DNA from: Macrostomum hystrix
Lineage: Eukaryota; Animalia; Platyhelminthes
Length of the DNA: 64,000 nt
Direction: 5' to 3'
Assembly (NCBI GenBank): GCA_950097015.1
Contig: CATNEN010000025.1
Coordinates: 5,146,001-5,210,000 of the forward strand
Under the pieces are notes generated by a model. That model did no database searches, was not told the DNA's origin, and saw only the letters and a program-made list of their open reading frames with translations. The position numbers and the translations under genes are program-made. Below, piece by piece: positions 1-10,860 of this stretch (position 1 is its first letter; each line of letters opens with the position of its first letter).

Positions 1-1086
1 AGATCACAAACTAACTAAACAAAGCGGGGCAAGATTCTACAGTTTATCTTGTTCGTCTATTCGTTAACATGTTTTTTTACTGTCAATAATGTTCTTGTGT
101 CCGTGGACTTATCGTCGACTAACTGAACAGAAAAGAAACGACTCTAGTTGAATTTTCAGTACGAAATTACTTTTTTCTGTAGTTTATAACTGTACGTTAA
201 AAGCTAAAACATCATGTCACTATATGACCCTGTAAATTGAATTGAACTACATTAGTGCTCGTGTAAATTGCAAGCAAAATAGCAGTTTTATTCTACTATA
301 GTAGAACATCCTGACTTAAAAAAATTTGAAGGTCAACAAAATCGATGCAAAGTAGGAGCGGTGTATTGTGTCTAGTTTCGTTTGGGCCACAAACGATTGC
401 GTCGACGGAAATTGTGAGCTAAGTAATTTTTTTGCGCGCCTTTCGGGCATCGAAACAGAAATACAACAGATTGCTTATATGCGAATAGTCTATGGTCAAG
501 CCGCCCCCGATCTTTGGATATTCCCAACGGGTTATATATTTGGATATACCCATTTGCAGAAGAGCAATCTGTATATTCCTGTATCAATGCGTTTTGGATA
601 TTTTCAAAAGCAGCTGTTTGACCAGTCAGTCACTTGTCATCTACCGCCTGGCTTTACGCAGTAACTGCTATTTTCATGAGCATACTATTTATTGAGTTTA
701 AGTTGCAGAACTAAGCAAGCAATCGAAAAATATGCTTGCTTATTTGTTTAAAATATATGCAACGAGATATGCTCGTAACCATTCTCTAGATTGCAATAAT
801 GTTCCGAGCACTACAGAGACCCACGAGAGACCCCATGTTTGCCTTTCGTCTCGCTTTGTCACTACCAATTCTTTGAGACTAGAGATAACTCGGTAAACAT
901 ATAACTGAGTTACTAGAAGATGTTTCTATCGTAACACAATAAGTAATGCAGCATGTAAAAATATGTAATCGATAATTTTTTACATAGAAAAACTTACGCT
1001 CGTACTTAAAATAGAAAAACAATGAAGGAACATATCAAAACTGGCCTGAAATTCTGGGCTTAGAGTTATGCGTTTTTACAGCTGCC

Positions 1087-1305
1087 CCAGATGTGCAGCC
1101 GACAGCACAGCCGCAGCTATTGCGCGGCGAATCAGAAGGCTGCGTACGGCTGTTCAGTCCATGGACTGGGGGGGACGCCACACCCACCCTCAGTTACCCC
1201 TGCTAATGCTGGTACCCTGGGTTAACAGCTGGGTGAACTGAAGCAATGCAGAGTTAAGTGAATTGTTAAAGGACATAGATTGTTCTTGAGTCGGGAATCG
1301 AACCC
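1087..1305 (-). mobile_element. SINE family A (tRNA head, CORE-like middle), 5'-truncated
   Basis: B box GGGTTCGATTCCC plus the family body shared with nine other copies. Confidence 0.8.
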
Positions 1306-1599
1306 TGGGCCAATAGTCAGTAGCAATTAAAGTGGCCAAGCAAGTGTTTAAAATAAAGGTCTAGAATTGCTTTCCAAAAGCAGTTAAACAATTGCTTTAA
1401 TTTTTCATCAGAAAATTGCATACAAACTCGTATGCTTCTACTAACAAGTAGTATGCGTGCGTCACACACAGTAAAATATAACATGAATCGGGCATCGAAA
1501 CGGAAAGTAATTCGCTAAAGTTTCTTGAAATATTGCTTCAATGTGTACCTGCAACAACCAGTCAACGAATGGATTGACAAAAAAACTATGTACACAACC

Positions 1600-2145
1600 C
1601 CAGAGTCGCAATTAACAGCGTCAGTTGGGTGAAGCGTCAGATGGTGCGCCGCAGGGCCAATCAGCGAGTGAAAGAATTTGGGCGTCGCACACGATGCAGT
1701 GAGTGCACCTCCGGGTCCGGGCTTGACCACCTCTGAACGAACCCTACAAGGTCATCAGCACGACCATGTGGCCTAACAGTTCGAGTCTCCGCTGGCGCAG
1801 TGTGATGGACGGGCGTCGCAGCTGGGCCCTCTAGTACGAGCTACAGGACCTCGAACGCGACGTTCTCGTCTGCTTGGAAGGCCGCACGAACAAGCCCTGA
1901 GTGCGCCGCTCGAGCTCCCAGCGTCCACGTCTCGGCAGGCATCTTAGAGCAGGGCGTTCTCGACCACCGCCTGCCAAAGTCGAGCCCTCTGACGGTCGGG
2001 CATCGCTTTGGACCGGAGGTCAGAGATCAGCACAATAAAATGCTAGTGACGATGTGATTACTAATAGTGCACGCGCCTCAAATGTGTCCTCATTCACCTC
2101 TAGAAGTCCAGTAACACGCTAGCTCTTACTAGTGCGCCCGTTACA
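1600..2145. other. Possible LTR remnant
   Basis: GC-richer non-coding block with CCAAT (~1657), AATAAA (~2033) and a ...GTTACA end. No matching 5' TG terminus or TSD found. Confidence 0.25.
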
Positions 2146-2275
2146 ATAGTGCAGAGCCTGGTCTGAGTTGATAGAGTTCATTCCGCTTCTATCATATTTT
2201 TTCCGCCGTATCACAGAGCTTACAGAAGCAGTTAGGGCGTCATGGTCACGCTTTGTCTGTCCCATGCCTAGTCAA

Positions 2276-2711
2276 TTGATTGCTGATTTTGTAACTCAAG
2301 GACAATTAAATTTATAGGAAGGTAAAATGATGATGGAACTCGTACAAGATCAGTTCAGAGCAGTTGGGACAGGTTAGAAACCAGTCACGGCACTCTAATC
2401 CTGACGGCACGTCTGTCTCCCCTCGTTTCCCATGAGGCCTGCTGGTAGGCACAGTCGCCGCCCACCCCGCCGCTGCCCGTCCAGCTGCTGCGTGTTGGTG
2501 CACAGGCGCCATATAAATACTGCTTAAACAGGGCGATTTTGCCGGAACAGAGTGAGCCAAAATTGCTGCGACAAGAAACAATTGGTAAGTGCTTTTGTCT
2601 TAATTTATTTAATCTAGTGTTTTTGCGTAAGGATAATCATACGTAATCGCTTTGGATAATCACCCGGTCCTATTAATTTAATTGTCCTTGAGTTACAAAA
2701 TCAGCAACCAA
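2276..2711. mobile_element. MITE-like element with ~44-bp terminal inverted repeats
   Basis: TTGATTGCTGATTTTGTAACTCAAGGACAATTAAATTTATAGGA at 2276 and a near-perfect reverse complement ending at 2711. No TSD identified. Confidence 0.6.
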
Positions 2712-3628
2712 ACGGGCTATCAAAGTGAGCTGCAGTAAGTTGTAAACTCAGTTATTATCAAAGGACAGAGAACACAGGACACAGGACACAGGACACAGAA
2801 TGAGGACACAGGACACAGAATGAGGACACAGGACACAGAGGTTAAGCTTTTGCGAGCATAATCTTCAGTAAAACAGTGAAATAAGCTTCCTAAGTCAAGA
2901 AATGAAATGATTGTCATTTGTAGGAACAGCATCGATAAATAATTTTCTCTGAAAAAGTTCTATGTTGTTGGGATTACTTTCTCAACACTTCTAGCAAGAC
3001 CTGTACGCATGTTAGGGATTGAAAGAGAAGGAATCTTAACACATTGCGAGCATAATCTTCAGTAAAAGAGCGAAATAAGCTTCCTAAGTCAAGTTCAATG
3101 CACGTAAACTGTGTTTGTTTCCATTAAAAGTTATTTCCATTAGTTATTTGGTCTTTCATAATACTGTTTTAGAAAACTTGGCACCTCCATAATACCAAGC
3201 TTTTGGAAATATCTCATTTAGCTCACTTACACGTAAGCATTTTTTAATGTAGGTCCGCGTCACAGTAGTGTGGCCTCCCATTCCTTGTCGTCAAATCAAG
3301 AGAAGCAGCCTGAAAGTCATACTGATCATTGGCGCATGTTTCTAAGGCTTGTATATGCGTTGCGACCAGGGCCGACCAGTTGACAAAGTTACATCTTCGT
3401 CTGTCATAAAACTGAAGCAATCATGCTTAATGAGCATTTTACACAGCCTCCGTTATCAAGTCGTTACTTTATAGCCCTCTTCAAATTCATTTGAAATTCA
3501 TTCATCAAAGTAACCCCATCCATAGGCCCCCCTCTTGTCCTGTCGGGCTATTGAATGGGATTAGATGGGAAAAAGCTGAAAAAATATAGAGCAAAATGGC
3601 AGAAAAATGAGGACCCTTTCAAACTTTC

Positions 3629-3754
3629 AGTGAGCTGCAGCAAGTTGTAAACTCAGTTATTATCAAAGTCAGTGAGCTGCAGCAAGTTGTAAACTCAGTT
3701 ATTATCAAAGTCAGTGAGCTGCAGCAAGTTGTAAACTCAGTTATTATCAAAGTC
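3629..3754. repeat. 42-bp tandem repeat x3 immediately upstream of the locus A start
   Basis: AGTGAGCTGCAGCAAGTTGTAAACTCAGTTATTATCAAAGTC at 3629, 3671 and 3713. A fourth dispersed copy lies at ~2724-2763. Confidence 0.92.
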
Positions 3755-4409
3755 TACATTACAGGACATGAAGGAAAGTGACAATCAGCAGGCCGATGAC
3801 CGATCGGTGGACCAACCAGAGGGCGAGGTCGGCGGCTTTGGCATAGCGAAGTCATTCCGCGAATTCGCGCAGTACACCACCGCGCACGGACTGGGTCGCT
3901 TCGCTGCTCAGACTACAGCATTGGGCCGTACCATATGGATACTATTTCTGCTAGCAACCAGAATGGGCAACAGCGCTGGATGACCCATCCAGGGCCTCCG
4001 GCCAAACTGAGTACCTCTAGCCCCGGCTGGAGGGAAAGGTGTCACCCTTTGACCTTAACAGGGTATGTGGCTTGTCCGCAATTTTCGTGCACCTGTGCGT
4101 GATCAGGTACCTCTGGCTACGGCCCTGAGGGACAGGTGTCACCCTTTGACCTTAACAGGGTTTGCGGCCAGCCCGCAGGCCTCGGCGCCGGCTCAATGGC
4201 ACCCTCCAATGTCCCAGTGTTGACCGTGCTGATGGACGCTTGGCCAGGGAGTAGTCTGGTCTCTTACGGTTCCTCCCGGTGGTCCTGGCATCCCACCCCG
4301 GGTTGTAACTTGTCTTTTTTGGCTGCCCCCGCTCAGTTTTGGGATCGCGGCTGAGCGGGTTATTCCTGCCTGTGTCTACAGGAAGCCCCTCTCTTCATTG
4401 CAGCTTTCA

Positions 4410-5957
4410 ATGGCTTCTAGCCCTTCAACTGCTCCGGCCGAGGACACCATGGTGCCTGAGGCCATACACGCTGCGGCGCCCGGGCTAGCTGGCCCCGCGA
4501 CCGCCACAAATGCCGCGCTGCCCAACTCGCGCGATGACCGGGGCGCTAAGCGCTCCACCACCTCTGGAGCGGCAAAACGCCGTAGGCGCATGCTGGCCCA
4601 CGGCACGTCGGCTCCATTGACCAAGGACCAGGCCCAGGCCAGAGGGGCCGAAGGGGCTCTGCCTAGGGCGGGGGCTGGGGCGGGGGGCCTTGTGCCTCCT
4701 GCCCAGGCTCCTGCACGGGGCGGAGCCCACGACGCCCCGAGGCCAGGGTCGCGGGCCAAGGAGGGCCCGGCGCCCATCCGGACGGCTGCCCGGCCCGAAG
4801 GAGAAGCGGAGGCGGAGGGCCCTGTGCCCACCGCCGACGCAGATCCCGAGGGTGGGGACGCCACCGGACAGGGCCCGGGACCACAAGCTACCTACGCCGC
4901 CATCGCACGTAGGCAACCTGCCGTCATCATCACCGGCAGAGACGGGAAAAGGCTGAGCAGCGAACAGCTCAGCGACATTTGCCGCAACATAGATGCTATG
5001 TTGTGGCAACTTCAACTGAAGGGCGAGCCCCTGGCGGTCGGCGCAAGCGCTACCAGGGAATCGTGCTTCGTCGTCTGGCCCGGCGATGCGGAATCGGGGC
5101 GGCGGCTCCTCGAGTTGCTGCCCACGCAGAGCTGGGCGGCTGGCCTCGAGTTCCTACGGGAGAACGAGCCACCAAAGACCAAGCGACACCGTATCTTCGT
5201 CCCGGCGAAAAGTGTCGTCACCAGCGCTGAGGACCTCCGCAGGGGCCTCATCGCGATGAACCGGGAGCTGCCGACAGCGGGCCTGATCGTGCACCGCACG
5301 ATCCTGCGCCCCGACGGCACCGGTTTCACCGCCATTCTGGGCCTGTCCGAGCAATGGACACGCCGCTACCCAGATGGCGCCAACATTTGCATTGGTCTGT
5401 GGAAGACCAAAATCTTCGCCTTCGAGGCGGATAAAACCCGAGGTCAGACCGGGCCCACCACCGTACCGGCCAATGAAGGGTCCTCGGACCCCAAGGCTGG
5501 GACTGGGGGCAGGGCCCAGTCGTCCCGCCAAAAAAGGCCAGAGCGTGCCATCGCTGGCAGCTCTGAGCGTCGCCCCGCGCGTGTCACAAAGCGCCGGGGC
5601 CTTCTCCAGCGGGCCTCCGAGGTGGTGCGAACCGCCAAGATGGCCCAGCTGCGCGCTGAGATGCGCGGTGGCCCACCGGGGCAGGCGCCGCAACCAAGGG
5701 CTACGGGGGAGGCCTCAGAGGTGCCCAGCTCCATCGAGCAGGGCCCTTCGAGCGCCCCTCCCACGGCCCAGGGAGCGGTGTCGGCTCCAGTTGAGGGCGA
5801 CTCTGGGCCTGGGCTCGGGGCCGGGGGCGGGGACTGGGCGGCTGACGCCGTCGAGTTCCCGTCTCCGGCTCGGGGCCTGGGCACGGAGGAGCCCATGGCT
5901 ACCGACATCGACCCGGAGGAGGAGGACCGCCTTCTGGCTGGGTCCCCCTCCAAGTAG
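4410..5957 (+). CDS. LINE ORF1 (gag-like position; low-complexity termini, no CCHC knuckle seen)
   Basis: First ATG at 4410. Open for about 515 codons and ends 12 nt before the ORF2 ATG. Confidence 0.8.
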   Translation: MASSPSTAPAEDTMVPEAIHAAAPGLAGPATATNAALPNSRDDRGAKRSTTSGAAKRRRRMLAHGTSAPLTKDQAQARGAEGALPRAGAGAGGLVPPAQAPARGGAHDAPRPGSRAKEGPAPIRTAARPEGEAEAEGPVPTADADPEGGDATGQGPGPQATYAAIARRQPAVIITGRDGKRLSSEQLSDICRNIDAMLWQLQLKGEPLAVGASATRESCFVVWPGDAESGRRLLELLPTQSWAAGLEFLRENEPPKTKRHRIFVPAKSVVTSAEDLRRGLIAMNRELPTAGLIVHRTILRPDGTGFTAILGLSEQWTRRYPDGANICIGLWKTKIFAFEADKTRGQTGPTTVPANEGSSDPKAGTGGRAQSSRQKRPERAIAGSSERRPARVTKRRGLLQRASEVVRTAKMAQLRAEMRGGPPGQAPQPRATGEASEVPSSIEQGPSSAPPTAQGAVSAPVEGDSGPGLGAGGGDWAADAVEFPSPARGLGTEEPMATDIDPEEEDRLLAGSPSK

Positions 5958-5969
5958 ACCTCTGCCTGC

Positions 5970-8900
5970 ATGATGATCCCCGGAATATCATGTCTGCAAG
6001 TTAACACCCAGCACTGCGTGGCAGCATCAGTCAATCTGATGCGCACGACAGAGCGCATGATGCCGGGCCTTGTACTTGTGCAGGAGCCCTGGCTATCAAA
6101 GAACAAGCCAAGCAACATTCCTGCTGGCTATGACTGCTTCTGCATGGCAGACTCTGTCCGCCCTAGATCACTGATCTATGCCGCAAAAGCCTTAAATGCG
6201 TGGATGAGACCCGATCTCTCTAACGGGGACATCTGCGTCATCCAATCTGCACACATTGTGCCTAACAAGTTGACCCTCGTGGCATCCGCCTACCTGGCAG
6301 GCGACGCCCCCGTGGTTAGCGATACCCTCGTCGCCCTCTGTGAATTCGCCAGGGCACGAAACTTCGAGCTGCTCCTCGCGGGAGATGTAAACTCGCATCA
6401 CACCCACTGGGGTAGCTCAAAAATCAATGACCGCGGCGAAGAGCTCCTGGCCTTCGTCAGCGGCACGCCTCTAAACTTCTGCAATGTGGGCAACACGCCC
6501 ACTTTCGACAATGGGCGGTGGGCTGAGGTGCTTGACGTCACCCTGGCCTCACCCGGCATCCTCCCAAGGGTGCTGGGGTGGGAGGTGTGGGAGACCGAAA
6601 GCTCGCTCTCGGACCACCGTTTCATCCGTTTCAACATCGGCACCCCCGATAAGAAGCAAAAGCCTATTTGGAGGCGTAATGTCAGAAATACCGACTGGCC
6701 CGCGTTCAGCCAAAAGCTGCATGAGGGCCTTCGGGATTCTGACCCCTCCATGGCCATGGAAACCACGCAGGACCTGGATGGAGTGGCTGCCCTGCTGGGC
6801 GGCGCCATCACAGAGGCCTACGAAATGGCTTGCCCGCTCAAAGCCTACAAAGGCAAAAAATCGGCCCCCTGGTGGAACCCCGAGCTCGGAGTCCTAAGAC
6901 GCCGAGCTAAGGCTCTCCAGAGGAAGCTGAAAACCTCGCACGACCCTGATGACAAAGAGGCCTATACTCGCGCCATCCACGAGTTTAAGGGCCGGGTCAG
7001 AAGGGCAAAAGCGGACAAGTGGCGACAATACTGCGAAGGGCTTGAGGGCTCGCGGCCCACGGCCCGCGTGGTAAAGGCGCTCACCAACGACCGCTTCTCC
7101 AAGCTCTCATCGATTAAAAAGCCGGACGGCTCGATCACTGAGCGCCCGGAGGAAACGCTCGAGCTTATGCTAGGGCATTTCTTCCCGAGTGTACCGGCGC
7201 ACTTCGGCCCAGACGACCACTCGCGTGGAGGTCAGGGCCTGGCTCAGTCACTCGTTACGAATGACCGCATCGTTCGCGCGGCTAAGTCATTCAATCCTTT
7301 TAAAGCACCTGGGCCAGATGGTATATATCCGGCCTTTCTGCATGAAGCGGTTAAAAATGGCCGCTTCCTCCATCTCCTCTGCAGACTTCTACGGGCCTGC
7401 ATCGTGCTGGGCTACGTACCAGCGCGGTGGCATGAAGCCCGGGTCGTCTTCATCCCGAAGCCCGCCAAAGGCGACTATCGCTCGGTCAAGTCTTATCGCC
7501 CGATAAGCTTGACTTCCACCTGCCTCAAGCTCATGGAAAGACTGGTGCTCTGGCGCCTTCTTACTGTAGAGCTAGGGCGGGCCCCGCTCTCACCAAACCA
7601 GCACGCCTTTCGGGCGGGCCGGTCCACGGAGAGCGCCCTCCACTGCATTGTGGAGACTCTCGAGAAGGCAGTGCTGGGCAGCGGTTTTGCCCTGGCTATT
7701 TTCCTTGATATTGAGGGGGCCTTCGATAACGTTATTTTCGAAGCCTTTGAGAAGGCCCTGGTTTCCAGGGCCACTCACCCCCACCTCGTCCGTTGGGTCA
7801 TGTACATGATCCGGAATCGCCACGTGGTGGCCCACCTCGAAGGCAGGGTGCTCTCGGCACCTGTCCTAAAAGGAGGGCCCCAAGGTGGCGTCCTCACCCC
7901 ACTGCTGTGGAATCTCGTCATGGATGAGCTGCTAAAAAGCACTCGGCCTGACCCAGTCCTGAAGGTGGGATATGCCGACGATGTGACCGCCATCTGCGCG
8001 GGCCCCTCGGCGGAAACCACCAGGGACCTCATTCAGGGCTTTATCAACAGGGCGGTGCGCTGGGCGGACCAATGCGGGCTCCGACTCTCTGAGTCCAAGA
8101 CCGTTGCGGTTATGTTTACCAGCAGGCTGCGCTGGACCATTGAGCCTCTGACTCTCTATGGCAAGAATATTGCCATGGAAAAGCAGGTCCGGTGCCTTGG
8201 TATCCTGCTAGACCATAGGCTTAACTGGACCCCGCACATTACCACAAAGGCCAAGAGGGCCCTGGCCATTCTGGCGCAAGTCAGGCGAGCCGTGGGCACC
8301 ACTTGGGGGCTAACCCCCAAAAACCTTTGGTGGATTTACACGGCGATCATTAGACCGTCAGTCGCTTACGCTGGCCTCATCTGGGCCAGTGCCATGAGCA
8401 TCCAGAAAAACCTGGAGGCGCTTTATAGGGTGCAGGGCAGAGCCTGTCGCATGACGCTGGGCGCCCCACCCTCCACTCCCTTTGAAGGCATGAACGCTTT
8501 CCTCAACGCTACACCCATTGACATTTTTGTTAAGGGGGAAGCGGCAAAGTCCACCCGTCGTCTCCTTGATGCGGGTGTATCCTTCCAGAATTCGCGAGCC
8601 TTCTCGAAGCGCTCCCTTCTGCCCCACTCTGACCTCTGCCTGAAAACTCTGGGCGAGTGCGGAGGGCTCACCATCCTTTCGGACGGGGCCCCGGCCACTT
8701 TACTCCGGAGCCACAGGTACAAAGTCAGCATCTTCCCTCGTAATGAGGTAAAGGACTGCTGGGATGACCCCGCAGTCCACTGTTACACTGACGGCTCCCT
8801 GATGAACGGTAAATCGGGATTCGGGGTGTGCGTCGCCTCGGGTGGCGAGGTCCTCTGGACCCACTCCCAACACTGTGGCAAGAGCTCAAGCGTTTTCCAA

Positions 8901-9674
8901 AACGAAATGCTCGCCATCAGCTTCTGTGCGGCTGAGCTGCGCCAGAGGCAGCTGGCTGGTCGGAGGATCTTTTTTCACTCCGACAGTCAAGCAGCCCTCA
9001 AGGCCCTCAGTCGCTGCACCTCTCGCTCCAGAACCACCTTGGACTGCAACACCCAGTTAAACGGTTTGGCGCAGTCTAACAAGGTGGAGCTGATGTGGAT
9101 CCCTGGGCACGCCGGGCTCACAGGGAATGAGATGGCGGACGAGCTTGCAAAGGCTGGAGCAGCCAGCTCCCTGATGGGCCCGGGCCCGGAATCCCCGATC
9201 CCCGCCTCCGTTGTCAACTCCAGCATCAACCACTGGATGGAGACCCAGCACCGGAGGAGGTGGTCCAGCACCCTGAACTGTCGCCAGTCCAGGGCTGCGG
9301 TGCCAACCCCCTCTAGTAACCTGCGTAAGGCCTTACTCAGGCTAAACCGCAGAGACCTGAGAGCAGTCACCATGGCCCTTTCGGGACATGGCTGCTTCAC
9401 CAGACACCGCTACCTCCAAGGCCACGTGCCTGAGGAAACGTGTCCTTTCTGCTGCTCCGGCCGTGAAAACGCCGAGCATTTCATTTGCCACTGCCCGGCC
9501 TTCACCCGGGCTAGGCTAAAACACCTCGGGCCGGCACCGACTCTTGCCGAAGCCTGCTCGCCCGAGAACATCCCTCAGCTCGCCCACTTCCTCCGGGATA
9601 CCGGCCGAGCTGATTTCTTCCCAGCCTATGGCGAGGAAGATCGCGCGGCGGAACCGACCGACGGACCACCCTGA
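5970..9674 (+). CDS. LINE ORF2: AP endonuclease, reverse transcriptase, RNase H, C-terminal CCHC finger
   Basis: Endonuclease motifs QEP, GDVNSHH, PTF, LDVTL, SDH. RT motifs [31 protein letters not shown]. RNase H motifs [34 protein letters not shown]-terminal CPFC-x8-H-x4-C. 1234 aa uninterrupted. Confidence 0.95.
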   Translation: MMIPGISCLQVNTQHCVAASVNLMRTTERMMPGLVLVQEPWLSKNKPSNIPAGYDCFCMADSVRPRSLIYAAKALNAWMRPDLSNGDICVIQSAHIVPNKLTLVASAYLAGDAPVVSDTLVALCEFARARNFELLLAGDVNSHHTHWGSSKINDRGEELLAFVSGTPLNFCNVGNTPTFDNGRWAEVLDVTLASPGILPRVLGWEVWETESSLSDHRFIRFNIGTPDKKQKPIWRRNVRNTDWPAFSQKLHEGLRDSDPSMAMETTQDLDGVAALLGGAITEAYEMACPLKAYKGKKSAPWWNPELGVLRRRAKALQRKLKTSHDPDDKEAYTRAIHEFKGRVRRAKADKWRQYCEGLEGSRPTARVVKALTNDRFSKLSSIKKPDGSITERPEETLELMLGHFFPSVPAHFGPDDHSRGGQGLAQSLVTNDRIVRAAKSFNPFKAPGPDGIYPAFLHEAVKNGRFLHLLCRLLRACIVLGYVPARWHEARVVFIPKPAKGDYRSVKSYRPISLTSTCLKLMERLVLWRLLTVELGRAPLSPNQHAFRAGRSTESALHCIVETLEKAVLGSGFALAIFLDIEGAFDNVIFEAFEKALVSRATHPHLVRWVMYMIRNRHVVAHLEGRVLSAPVLKGGPQGGVLTPLLWNLVMDELLKSTRPDPVLKVGYADDVTAICAGPSAETTRDLIQGFINRAVRWADQCGLRLSESKTVAVMFTSRLRWTIEPLTLYGKNIAMEKQVRCLGILLDHRLNWTPHITTKAKRALAILAQVRRAVGTTWGLTPKNLWWIYTAIIRPSVAYAGLIWASAMSIQKNLEALYRVQGRACRMTLGAPPSTPFEGMNAFLNATPIDIFVKGEAAKSTRRLLDAGVSFQNSRAFSKRSLLPHSDLCLKTLGECGGLTILSDGAPATLLRSHRYKVSIFPRNEVKDCWDDPAVHCYTDGSLMNGKSGFGVCVASGGEVLWTHSQHCGKSSSVFQNEMLAISFCAAELRQRQLAGRRIFFHSDSQAALKALSRCTSRSRTTLDCNTQLNGLAQSNKVELMWIPGHAGLTGNEMADELAKAGAASSLMGPGPESPIPASVVNSSINHWMETQHRRRWSSTLNCRQSRAAVPTPSSNLRKALLRLNRRDLRAVTMALSGHGCFTRHRYLQGHVPEETCPFCCSGRENAEHFICHCPAFTRARLKHLGPAPTLAEACSPENIPQLAHFLRDTGRADFFPAYGEEDRAAEPTDGPP

Positions 9675-10100
9675 GCGGCACCGCCTCGCTGGAGGCCGTC
9701 TGGCTGCCAGGGGTTAGCGATATGGGCGGCAACAGCCGCCTCCTCGCTGCGTCCGTCATGGAGGCCCCCTGCCGCTAAGTCAAGTAAGTCAAGCTAGCAA
9801 CCTATGGTGGGTTCGCCTACCACCTCTACACCATTGTTGACCGGTGAGTTCTCCAGTCAACGAAGCCAACAAAGGGGAAGCGGCTTGACTAGTCGAGTAT
9901 AAATAACAAAGACTGTTTAAAAAAGTTTAGCTTGCACTTTTTGACTTATTGGACTGCCTGAATGTCTAGCTATTTTCGGTCGCGTTTTAGTTACGCATTT
10001 TAGGGTGCAATTGTTCGCAAAGTTGTACTGATGTGCAGTACTGATTGACTTACAGGGGTGTACAAAATGGAATTGCTGTTTAGGGAAAAAGTAGACCATC

Positions 10101-10860
10101 TGTTGTACTCGCGACTCCCCGGAGGGGTGCCCCTAGGAGGGTCAGATTACGCGGGCTCGTGCTGGCCTGCGTCAGGGCGCGAGTGTCCGCACGGGACCCT
10201 AAGTCTGGGGCGTCAGGATGCACCCAAGTGGCCGGCACACGCGTAGGGACGCTGTGATGTCGATCACCTTCAGCAGGGCGTCAGGGCGCACGAGCTGGCG
10301 TCTAAGTACAGCGGGTGTACAGTACAGGGTGACCCCTGGCTGACTACCTGGTCTAGTTCCCCCCTCCTTAGTCGACGTCAGGACACACGGACGGTCCCAG
10401 CTACAGCCCACCCGAAATAAAGGAGACAAGGCAGTGACTTACTTCACTTATAGCTCGCACTCGCGCGTGCAGTCAATTGCTTGCAGCTGACGTCTGTTTG
10501 CGTGGGGGACGGGTTATTGAAACGGTAGTCAGGCGTTGTAGAGCAAGAACAACAGCACGGGGCAGCCACCCGCCCCCGGCCGCGCCTATATAGGCCACGA
10601 CTCAACCGGGGCCGGGGCCCCCCACGCCCCACCCCCACCCCACCACCCCAGCCCAGCTACCCACCGGCCAATCACGGCGCAGCTGGGGGAGAGGCAGTCT
10701 GGGGCGAGGGCCACACAGGGCGGCCCAGCCAACCAGCGCGCAGACAACACAATGGCGGCTAAGCGGCATACACCGCTGAGCCTCTACCGCCAAAAACAAC
10801 TGCGTTATGCCGCGTGGGGGGGCGAGTGCACTTAAGCAGTGCCAGCGCACGTGCGCAACA
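10101..10860. mobile_element. Solo LTR (probably Gypsy-type)
   Basis: TGTTG...CAACA termini with a 4-bp TSD CATC (10097-10100, 10861-10864). 760 bp, GC-rich, non-coding, with TATA-like and AATAAA motifs. Confidence 0.65.

Larger units (their letters stand above)
3960..9792 (+). mobile_element. Full-length non-LTR retrotransposon (APE-RT-RNase H; R1/LOA-like, I group)
   Basis: Perfect 10-bp TSD GCTAGCAACC at 3950-3959 and 9793-9802. Two long ORFs, 5' UTR with 96-bp repeats, 3' end ...CCGCTAAGTCAAGTAAGTCAA. Clade assignment comes from recalled motif similarity only. Confidence 0.92.

Noticed and set aside
368-664. 98-aa ORF that might be the tail of an upstream channel gene
   Set aside because: No TM2 or GxS motif and no similarity to the last exons of A-F.
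4083-4110. Minus-strand CTGATCA...CGAAA resembling a hammerhead core
   Set aside because: The core is CTGATCA rather than CTGANGA, and the required stems could not be formed.
4376-9759. Many overlapping antisense and alternate-frame ORFs in the LINE
   Set aside because: Expected shadows of GC-rich coding sequence; no recognisable motifs.
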